A stretch of DNA of 64,000 nt from the NCBI RefSeq assembly GCF_001194135.2, contig NC_068998.1, positions 835,284-899,283 of the forward strand. Direction: 5' to 3'. Origin of the DNA: Octopus bimaculoides. Lineage: Eukaryota. The notes below the pieces were generated by a model. That model did no database searches, had not been told where the DNA came from, and worked only from the letters and a program-made list of their open reading frames with translations. The position numbers were made by a program, and so were the translations under genes. Shown piece after piece: positions 27,311-37,800 of this stretch (position 1 is its first letter; each line of letters starts with the position of its first letter).

Positions 27311-27341
27311 CTATCCTTCTGAGCCGACATCGAGGAATTCA

Positions 27342-27725
27342 TAGAGGTTAGATGCCCTGCAGATATAAATATCTCTTTGAAAATCAGTCAAAGAAAAGGA
27401 GGATATCTTTGGACAACTGCTTCGAAACCTCCAGCTTCTATATTCAGACTATGAATCCATATTCATACCAATAATAATTGGAGCACTAAGTTTTGTTAGT
27501 AAATGCTTAAAGGAGATTCTGGATAAACTGGGATTTTCAGAAAGAGAAATCGACCGGCAAATTCATACATTATAAGTGCAATCTGTGAGTGGAACAATAA
27601 AAATATGCAAGACTTTTCTCAAGTTCCAAATGTGATTTTGTCTGTGTTAACAACATCCCAAAGATGGAGCCTTGTATCATTGCTGGAAACCGGCTCCCTC
27701 CTCGGTGGAAGATTTATAATAATTA
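27342..27725 (+). mobile_element. R4/Dong-clade LINE piece 3 (RLE end, stop, 3' UTR)
   Basis: IEVRCPADINISLK...IPIIIGALSFVSKCL..LGFSEREI...SVSGTIKICKTFLKF; ends in TAATAA. Confidence 0.75.
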
Positions 27726-27987
27726 AAAAATAGAAGCTATACATACATACACACGTGCGCGCAGACACACACACAATATTTAGATAGGGTTAAAACGCAA
27801 GCTGTGTCCTCTTGATGCACATCTGTCTATTCCAGTTTTCCAGATCCGTGTGGAGCTGTTACGATTGTGTCAGGTGTGCATCAGAGCTGAAAGTACTGGG
27901 GGAAGTTTTCTGAAAGAGTAATAATATCAAAACAGGGAGATTGGAAAATAAATAATACCAAGCATTTTCCAATCTTTTATTTTGATA

Positions 27988-28032
<45 letters not shown>

Positions 28033-28757
28033 NNNNNNNNNNNNNNNNNNNNNNNNNNNNNNNNNNNNNNNNNNNNNNNNNNNNNNNNNNNNNNNNNNNN
28101 NNNNNNNNNNNNNNNNNNNNNNNNNNNNNNNNNNNNNNNNNNNNNNNNNNNNNNNNNNNNNNNNNNNNNNNNNNNNNNNNNNNNNNNNNNNNNNNNNNNN
28201 NNNNNNNNNNNNNNNNNNNNNNNNNNNNNNNNNNNNNNNNNNNNNNNNNNNNNNNNNNNNNNNNNNNNNNNNNNNNNNNNNNNNNNNNNNNNNNNNNNNN
28301 NNNNNNNNNNNNNNNNNNNNNNNNNNNNNNNNNNNNNNNNNNNNNNNNNNNNNNNNNNNNNNNNNNNNNNNNNNNNNNNNNNNNNNNNNNNNNNNNNNNN
28401 NNNNNNNNNNNNNNNNNNNNNNNNNNNNNNNNNNNNNNNNNNNNNNNNNNNNNNNNNNNNNNNNNNNNNNNNNNNNNNNNNNNNNNNNNNNNNNNNNNNN
28501 NNNNNNNNNNNNNNNNNNNNNNNNNNNNNNNNNNNNNNNNNNNNNNNNNNNNNNNNNNNNNNNNNNNNNNNNNNNNNNNNNNNNNNNNNNNNNNNNNNNN
28601 NNNNNNNNNNNNNNNNNNNNNNNNNNNNNNNNNNNNNNNNNNNNNNNNNNNNNNNNNNNNNNNNNNNNNNNNNNNNNNNNNNNNNNNNNNNNNNNNNNNN
28701 NNNNNNNNNNNNNNNNNNNNNNNNNNNNNNNNNNNNNNNNNNNNNNNNNNNNNNNNN

Positions 28758-28820
<63 letters not shown>

Positions 28821-29049
28821 ATATATATATATATACATATATGTGTATATATATATATACATACATAGATAGATAGATATATATGTATATATATGTATTT
28901 GTGTGTATATATATGTGTGTATGTATATATATGCGTGTGTGTATATATATGTGTGTGTTTGTATCTATGAGTATGTATGCATAAATGCATATGTATGTAT
29001 ATGTATATATGCTTGCATACATACATATAAACTGTGTTGGAATATATCA

Positions 29050-29330
29050 TCAACGATGGAGAATTGGTTACTAAAAGCCTATATTTACCATATAAATGCA
29101 AAGGTGGGCGTTTTTAGCAATTGGAAAGAATGCAGCTGCGAAAAGAACGATGATAAGCTTTTGAAATAACAGAAGGAACTGGGAAAAGAACGGCACCGAT
29201 TACTGAGGGAGATGAAAAACGCGAAGAGGCAAAAGAAACAACGATGTTTGTTTCCCATTCTTTGCTTACATGGCACCACAAGCGGTAGAATAAACCCATG
29301 TGGTGTGGTGTAGATATTGAAAGAACGTAA
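29050..29330 (+). mobile_element. Degraded R4/Dong fragment
   Basis: LYLPYKCKGGRF*QLE resembles LYLPRKxGGRGLxQLE. Confidence 0.35.
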
Positions 29331-29606
29331 AGAACGAATTATTGATTCAGGATCATAAAGAATGGTTATAATGTCTTATATTTATTCGGAAGAATTCAAT
29401 ATTGAACATTCGCTAACCTCACAAGTTGGGAAATAGGCAAAGAATAGTTTATGATTCTTCACTCAAAAATCCCTCTCTTTATCACATATACTCACTATCA
29501 GTCTCTCTCTCTCTCTCTCTTCCCCCCCCTCTCTCTCTCTCCCTCCCCCCTCTCTCCTTCTCTCTCTCTCTCGGTGTATATATATTTTTCTTTTTTATTC
29601 TTTTAT

Positions 29607-29775
29607 TTGTTTCAGTCATTTGACTGCGGCGATGCAGACATCAAGCCCAGGACTTTGTAAGCCTAGTACTTATTCTATCGATCTCTTTGTCCGAACCGCT
29701 AAGTTACGGGGACGTAAACACACCAACGTCGATTGTCAAGCGAAGGTGGAGGGGACAGACACAGACACACAAACG
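29607..29775 (+). mobile_element. SINE family D, tail orientation (second copy 61190-61390)
   Basis: Shared tttgtaagcctagtacttattctatcg...ctaagttacggggacgtaaacacac. Confidence 0.7.
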
Positions 29776-30079
29776 TATACATGTGAAGGTAGGTGTAGCA
29801 AAAACAAATGTAATTGAGAAAACCAACGGTGAGAAAAAAGCAAAATCATTTTAATAAACTTCACACTTTTGGTGGAAAAATTCGAATTTTATTGGAGTGA
29901 AGAGCTGGGTCCTCAAACGTCTTGGATTTAGGCCCTCGTCGAATAATGTGAGAAGTGTGTTGCGGGTGTGTAAACGAGGAAGAGAAATGAAAGAAAAACA
30001 GTGGCGGAAGGGAAATAACCAAGTATGGATAGTCATTTAGTCTATCAATTATCTCCCTTAGAAATTCATAGCTTCATTG

Positions 30080-30712
30080 TTATTAGATGGAACGTTGGGT
30101 CAAAGTTCATCAGTCAAAGTTCAAGAGATGACAGATCTGAAAGCGATATCAATAAAACTCAGTTTGGCTTCCGCTGCCATGACGAAGCTGAACACCAAAA
30201 TGGAAAAGTGATTCCATTAGTTTTCCAACAATATTCAAACAATACAAGTCTTTGATAACTTCGATCCTTCTGTGTTTGTGTGTGAGAGAGTAGGGACTCT
30301 CAGAGCTGACATGAATCGCTTCCATGGCGACTGCATTTGAGCGGGAGTGCTTCGGACGTGTGCTACACACAGAACACAAAATGAACAGCTTTACCAGACA
30401 GCAAATTAACAAAAACGCTGGCAAAGAGGAACCACTCTTTGCATTGGCACGAAAGACACGAAAGCTTTCCTGGGATGGTCACGTGTGCCGCCTCAGCTCC
30501 CTGTCCAAAATCATGATTCGCAGCACAATTGACGATTGGAACGAAAGACCAGCCAAACAGAGAATCCTGGCCTGAGGGCATCACAGACTGGACAGACCAC
30601 AACACCGCAAACCCTGCCATGCATGACAAAGAACAGGGAGTCAGTGGCAACAGGTGATTGCAAAAGCGTCAAGAGTGGCACCGCGACGGTGGACTGCACC
30701 GGTTTAAGGGAT

Positions 30713-30754
<42 letters not shown>

Positions 30755-30755
30755 G
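30080..30755 (+). mobile_element. RTE (BovB-like) LINE 3' end with (GAT)n tail
   Basis: AAMTKLNTKW...YKSLITSILL...RKLSWDGHVCRLSSLSKIMI; terminal GAT microsatellite. Confidence 0.7.
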
Positions 30756-31293
30756 ATGGTGTTTCCATCCCTTTTTTTTAGACCCCTTGCTTATAAAAAC
30801 AAAACAAATAGTCCTTGTATCCCCTTTGATATACTCCTTATTTATATACACACAGTGTGCATCCTTTTAAGTTTTCATCTTATTCATATATAGACACAAG
30901 GAAAGATTCTGACTTTGAGGGAAGGATACAAAAAAACAGAAAATACTTAAAGGATGACACGAAAGTCTTATGTCATTAGAATAGTTTTCGTTATTTAATA
31001 AAACTCCAACGCAAAACATAACCTTTACATCAGGAAAATATCATTTAAAATATTTATTTTAAAGAGAGCCTGGATGTGTAAGAATGAGCCGAAACTCTTT
31101 TAAAATGATATTTTTGTATATTGTTATCAGAATAGTTGTATTCTACATTTTTGATAACATCTCTAGCGCCGAAGTTGTGTGAGGCTCCAAACTGTAGTTA
31201 TGCCTTTATATTATATATTTTTGCCCGGTTTACTTTGCTAAAGAGGCGTCCAAGCACAACAGAAGCTTATTTCTATTTCTAGGTTTCCGAAGC

Positions 31294-31879
31294 GGGTAAT
31301 CTTCTAGTTTCGAGAGGTAAAAGAAATAAATAAAAATATTCAAGGGAAATAACTGAACGACTTACCAGTATTATCCGTACTACTTTTTCTCTAAAACAGC
31401 ATGCGACGGTTTTTTTTTTTTATAAAAGTTTAAAATGTTTTTTCTTTTTACAAACAGCATGCGACTTTTTTCTTTTTCCAAAACAGAAACGAAATGGTTT
31501 GCAGAAGTACCCGAATGAACGGAGTCAAAAACAACAGGCAGAAAAGAATCTAAAACAGCATGCGACGGAATTTTTTTTTATTAAAGTTTAAAATGTTTTT
31601 TGCTTTCCATTTTTCCTCTAATATTAATTCACGAGTGAGGATTTCGTTTTCAGCAACAATAAGATGTTGTGCAGCCGGTCTTCCACGAGGCATTTTCGAT
31701 TTCTCATAAGAAACTATGATATTCAATCACGTGTGTGATTTACATATAAACAGTTAACGTCAATCAAATCACGTGATTTATTTATAAACAAAGTAGTACG
31801 GATAATACGGGTAAGACGTTCAGTTATTTCCCTTGTATTTTATTTACTTTTTTAACCTCTCGAAACTGGAAGATTACCC
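31294..31879. mobile_element. MITE / non-autonomous DNA transposon with ~90-bp TIRs
   Basis: 31294-31385 is the reverse complement of 31791-31879 with few mismatches; internal direct repeats of aaacagcatgcgac (x3). Confidence 0.8.
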
Positions 31880-32249
31880 CTAAGCGGAACATTTTAATAT
31901 TAAGAAATTATTTTGACTCGAATTTGTTAAGAAAAAGGAGAAAGAGAGAGAGAGAGAGTGTGTGTGTGAAAGAAAGAGTAAGAGAGAAAATGAAAGAGAA
32001 GGTAAGAGAGTGAAAGAAAGAATAAAAGAGAAAAAGAAAAGAGGGGTGTGAGAGCGTAAAAGAGAAAAGAAAAGATAGAATAAGAAAGAGAGACAAAGGG
32101 AGAGGGATAAAACACGGAGTGAGGGTAAGAGATAGAATAAGAGTGAGGTAGAGAGAGAGTAAGAGTAAAAATAAAAGAAAGAGAGAAAGTGAATAATAGA
32201 AAGAAAGAGTGTAAGAGAGAGAGGGGGAGGGGGAGAGTATTGAGCGGTT

Positions 32250-32456
32250 TATTGCTGACTTCCGGTAAATGTTGAGTTGAACGGAAGTGCGCGAGATTCA
32301 AACGCTGGAGTGTCAAAGTTAAAGAAAAACTGTTTCATCAGCGATTCGTTAATTAATTAATTAACAATCTGGATTAATTGAGTGTCGATTGCTGTTGTTG
32401 TGGTGGTGACAGTAATTGTAGTTGTTCTTATTGTTGTTGTACATCAAACGGTAAGT
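32250..32456 (+). promoter_or_regulatory. Probable Haspin promoter and non-coding first exon
   Basis: ETS-type ACTTCCGG (32258-32265) and CGGAAGTG (32282-32289), GCGCG followed by TTCAAA (32289-32302), then a strong donor aacg/gtaagt at 32451. Sits just downstream of a 300-bp polypurine tract. The TSS is inferred, not observed. Confidence 0.5.
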
Positions 32457-33365
32457 TGACGAAAGATTTGAGTAAATAACAGAAGCCCCCCCCCTTCTCT
32501 CTTTTTCTCTCGTTTCAGGAATTTTTTATCGGAAAGAAATAATATTAAGATCACCGAAAGAAAGAAATAATAAAGTTAAGATCATCTTCCAGCGGGATAA
32601 AAAGAAACTGATTAACATTGTTCGTTTGTGTTGACGAAGGAAATAAGATTTAAGAACATGTTTGATCGGTTTAAGACGAGAGAAATATATTCGATACGAT
32701 TCAGATGAATCTTAAGATTGCGATGTGTGAAGCAAAAAATGTTGGTTGAAGCCAACATTTCATCCTCTCCACGTCTCTCAGCTGTCGGGTCTTCGATGTT
32801 CCACTGGATCAAGAATGGAAGAACCGAGAAGTCGATGTCGGTTCGCGATGACATTTGACATCGAAAACAATCTGCGAAATCCTGATAACTTGCTACAAAG
32901 ACATACACACGGATAATGACCGCTGTGGTCATTGGAGGTGTATGTAAATCAACATACATAAATGTATATATATATATATATATAAGCACATGCAAATATA
33001 TCTGTGTGTGTGTACACAGATATATAACAAATAGTGAGGGATTATCAATCTGGGCAAAATACTTGGCAAGTTCTCTGTTGGCACACCAGGGTAACGCTAT
33101 TATTCAGATTAGTGAAGAACTCTGGGTAATCTTGTGGCAGGGTCCAAGGCGATGGTTCGTCACAATTCTATATTGTAAACCCGTGCATGGCAACAACCTT
33201 GGCAGGGTTACTTTATACCTAACAATATTATGTGTATGTCTGTATCCCAGAAACAGCTGGAAGACTTTGAATTTTTTTTTTTCCCCAATAATAATAATGT
33301 ATATAAATTGAGATGTTTGCCTTGCCTTAACGTTTGTTGTCCTCTTTAACAATTATATATATTAT

Positions 33366-33475
33366 ATAAGCCTAAAGCTTATGGCAATCACCGTGCAAGG
33401 ACAAAGGAAAATGGTTTAATAAAGGAGCATTTTCCTTAGTCGTTGCATGGTGATTGTCATAAGCTTCAGGCTTAT
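33366..33475. repeat. 110-bp palindrome (48-bp arms, 14-nt loop)
   Basis: ataagcctaaagcttatggcaatcaccgtgcaaggacaaaggaaaatg pairs with its reverse complement, about 5 mismatches. Confidence 0.9.
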
Positions 33476-33524
33476 TTAAAATACCATTATTATTATTTAC
33501 AAGATAGTAAAACACTGCACATAC

Positions 33525-34412
33525 AAAAACTATCTTGCTAGTTAGCCTTCCTTTGATATTGCTGCACCTCTTATGTGTCCATAGCTTACACTGGGTACAT
33601 CTTATAGAGTTTCTACCTACTCATTTTCTACAGGTTGAGCAGGGCTATCTACCTGAAGGGGTTTGTGGTTTGTCTACCTTCCTACTTATTAGGACTTTGG
33701 TTTTAGCTACGTTGACTCTAAGGCCCTTTGATTCTAGTCCCTGCTTCCACACCTGAAACTTCTCCTCTAGTTCTGATAGTGACTCAGCAATTAGTGCAAG
33801 GTTATCAGCATAGAGGAGCTCCTAGGGGCATCCTGTCTTGAATTCCTCTGTTATAGCCTGGAGGACTATGATAAATAGGAGGGGGCTGAGGACTGAACCT
33901 TGGTGGACCCCTACCTCTACCCAGAATTCTTCACTGTACTCGTTGCCAACCCTCACCTTACTGACAACATCCCTATCCCTGTACATGTCTCGCACAGCTC
34001 TCACTAACCATTCATCTATCCCTAGTTACCTCATTGACCACCAGATAAGGGAGCGGGGGACTCTGTCAAAAGCTTTCTCCATGTCAATGAAAGCCAGGTA
34101 CAGAGGTTTATCCTTAGCTAGGTATTTCTCCTGCAGCTGTCTTACCAGAAATATGGCATCAGTGGTGCTTTTCCCTCACACGAATCCAAACTACATCTCA
34201 TCTAAACTGACTCTCTCCTCATTAGTTGGGCTATGACCCTCTCCGTGACTTTCATTACCTGATCAAACAACTTGATACCTCTGTAATTATTTGTATCTAA
34301 TGCATCACCTTTACCTTTGTAGCAGTTGACTATGGTTCTGCTACACCAGTCATTGGGTATGACTCCTTCGTGTATCATCTGGTTAAACTATACGCGTGAC
34401 CAGGCTATAGCT
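33525..34412 (-). mobile_element. RTE-1-clade LINE RT fragment, antisense in the Haspin 5' UTR intron
   Basis: NCYKGKGDA..NYRGIKL..STTDAIFLVRQLQEKY..DMEKAFDRVP..GVHQGSVLSPLLF..LLYADNL; few stops, so relatively young. Confidence 0.9.
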
Positions 34413-34708
34413 GACACTGCCAGATATATATATATATATAGATATATATATATATATGATATTTACCATGTGAACTACAATGAAAAAAATATGAGAGAGA
34501 TATGGTGTACAATTTTTTTTGTGCAGAGGTTCCTTGAGACATGTAATTTTAAAGGTTACGCAAGGGTAAAACGGGCTTTTTTATGGATATGGTAGGTCCC
34601 ACTCCTCACCTTTCAACTACTAAACATTGACATGCTTTCAGCACTTCTCCTCTATCTGATGTGTATATTATTTATCTTTGTTTCTAGCAGTGACCATTCC
34701 ATGACTTC

Positions 34709-34878
34709 ATGGAGAGTAAAAAGGAGAAAGTTGTGAAAACCTATGGCAGACACAGGTCCCGTGTGATTAGGACCGACGTCTGGGAAGATAATGTAAAGAA
34801 AACTAAACAGACTCTGTTTAGTGGTTCCAATAGCCTCACTCCAGATGAAGATTTTGTAACAACCAGGAAAGCAAACTT
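34709..34878 (+). CDS. HASPIN: Haspin coding exon 1 (MESKKEKVVKTYGRHRSR...)
   Basis: Acceptor ttctagcag at 34689-34690, ATG 34709, donor gtgagt 34879. KTYGR resembles the N-terminal TYG motif of haspins; phase 2 fits the next exon. Confidence 0.75.
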
Positions 34879-37800
34879 GTGAGTATCTTTGATGGTGATG
34901 TTCCCTGCCTCCACCTCTTTTTGAAATGGTTTTTTTTATATTCTACAACTTGGAAACTGTTGATTGATAATAACTGGGAGGGGATTTTTCGAGACCCTCC
35001 CAGTGGTTAGCAATTGTTCTTTAGTGCTAAACAAATGAGTGAGACATTTCTCCTCTGTATAAGATGCTTGTCTGTGCCAGGTGTTGTCCCTTGAAGATCT
35101 TGTCAAGTTATTGAGCTCATCATATACTGCAGAGCCATAGGTATTGCTGAAACGACTGCTGTGGCTCTTAAAATCAAGGTTTAAATGTTGTTCTGAATCC
35201 TATACCATATCGTTTGTTTTACTTGTCTCTCTCTCCAGTAAGGGGTTTCTATCTCTGCTCACCCTGTGCTGTCGATTTATTTTGCATTCTGCCTTCTTGA
35301 CAAAGTTTGACCCAAGATGGAAACGAAACCCTGTTAAAAGATGGAAATGTTGTCAGCTAACCCTAAGTGACACCTTAATCTAACTTGGATATTTAGAAGC
35401 CATCAAACCAGTCTTACCTGTTTTGACCGGATATTCTCTGCAATGGTCCCATCTCAGACTTTTCACCTTTCCTCTGCAGCATCCTGACCTTCTCTTAAGG
35501 TTTCTCTCTTTATTCCAATCACTACAACTTTGGCCCCTGATGCACACCACACCCACTGCAGCCCTGTAGTTACTGTTTGTGGCTTTGTGGTCCCTAGCCA
35601 TCCCTTTGTTCTACCAAAAACTGTTAAGAATGCAAGCATGAGGTAACTTAAAATTTCTTTTCCAATTAATGTTTGTTTTACATTTTTTTTTTTTTGTCCA
35701 GGAAAAAAAGAAAGGCAAAGAAATCAAAACCCGAACATGAAAAAGAGAATAGATGCTACAAAGAGAAGAGAAGAAATGAGGAGAAATTATTTTTTGATAA
35801 AGTAAGGATGTTAGCATTTGATCCTTTGATGTCAGAATTGGATCTAGCTTTTAAAGAACGTGTCACCTGATTCTTTCATGTTAAACTGATTGTTTTTGGT
35901 AGAATGTCCAATGCTTATGTCTGCATAAGTCTGCCATTAGTTATTCTTTGGTGATATGGTCGAATTTACTGCTAAACTGTGTTTCAGAATAGAACCCCCT
36001 GGTCCATATTTTCTCTGCTCAGGGGTACCTGCCATATCATCTGAAACTTAAATTTTAAGACTAGCATTATATCCAGAGAGACATTTCTCTCTCTCTCTCT
36101 CTCCCTTCTTATACCATAAAGCACTGAACCCCTTAAATAGGGTAACGGCTGAGAAGATATTTATTTTTATACTGTTATTGATTAATTATTTCTTCATATG
36201 CATTGCCAGTTTTGATTTGCAATATTGCAAATTTCCTCCTCTTCCCTCCATTTCACAACAAATTCTCACAACATCAGGCTATAAAGCAAACCACTCACTT
36301 ATTATTCTGGCTGTGATAATAGTTTTAAGTGGTTTTTTTTCCAATTATAACAGTTGTCAACCCCTGAATGTTCAGCCTTAGAATCTATTTTATCATTCAT
36401 TGGTGAAAACAGTGTAAACTTTTCCAAAGTCCTTGGCAAGAAACCTCTCATTGTAACTTCATCGTTATTATTAATTAATTAAATAATTAGCTTATATCAA
36501 AGAACCTTATTAACTGTGACTTGTGTATTTCACTGGTTGTAGAGAGTCTGCATAGACATTACCCTTTCCTCCACACCAAACTGAATGACCAGCCTTGGAC
36601 ATTGTTTAATTCTAGTCATTATTTAACTTTAATTATATATATATTTTTTATTTATTTCAGGATTTTGTATCCAGTTTCTCTGATTCTTTCAAAGGATCTT
36701 CTCCAAGAAATATCAAACATTTACCAAAATCAACCAAGAAAATTGTTCCTCCATCAACTCGTAAAAAAAGACTTCCCAACTGGACAAAGCTGAAGACATG
36801 TTCCCCTGATTTATTCAAAGAATCGAATGAGAAAAGTGTTTCGATGCACTTCAGTGATTTTGACAACTATGAATTGTGCATCTCTGAGTCACCAATTGCA
36901 GCTAATCCATATGCAGAAAATTTCCCCAGAGTTACTCGTCTGACAACTAACAGTTCTGATCAATTGTCTGAGACAAATGATTCCAATTATTTCTTGAGAA
37001 ATAAACAACATGAAGAAGCACGAGATGATGTGTTTGTTGGCACCCGAGCGAAAAAGACAAAAATTACCACCAGTACTCCTTCATATTTACCTGTAGTCAG
37101 GCTGGAGCATAGCGCTGAAATTGAGGAGCATCTTAATAATTTAAGAAACACTAGCAGAGAAAATGGATCATTTCTAAATAGTTACAGAGATGAAAGCTTA
37201 GAGCGAAATCTCGAAAATGCTGCTAATTCTAGCAGTATGTTTTCATCTTCAATGAGAAGTGGACGCCATCCTACTTCTTCTCCTCGACACAGCCAAAAAA
37301 ATAATAATTGCAAAGACAATAGTAATAGCAGCGGCAACTCTGCCGAGGCTTACTCTAGTGCCAAGAGTAGTCCTTTTGATTGTGTTGTTCAGTTGAAAAA
37401 ACTCGATGCTGGAGTTGAACAATTGTTAAGTGCAGAAAGCTACATCAGCTGTGAGGATTATACTCCGAGTTTGTTTGAGAACAGTTTTACTGACAGGAAA
37501 TCTAGACGAGACAAACTCTTGAGAAAGAAGCAATTGTCTTTGCTGTTGAGTTCTTGTGCTCATTGCTCACTGGATCAGCCATGTGGAAACGATTGTGCCT
37601 ACATGAAATACATAGTGAGTTCAAGGCCCATCTTTGACCTCCTCACTGACGTTAGGGATAATAGTGACCCTTGTCTCAATTCAGGTGAATTTGATTCCTC
37701 TGCAGAACGGATTGAGGCTCATAGCCTTGGGAGAAGATCAAAGTGGCAGGACGGTGATGATGTGTTCCCTAATGTAAGTATTGAGCATATAAATAGCCTT

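Noticed and set aside
34973-35004. 10-bp hairpin ACTGGGAGGG/CCCTCCCAGT in Haspin intron 1
   Set aside because: Short enough to occur by chance in 64 kb, with no supporting context.
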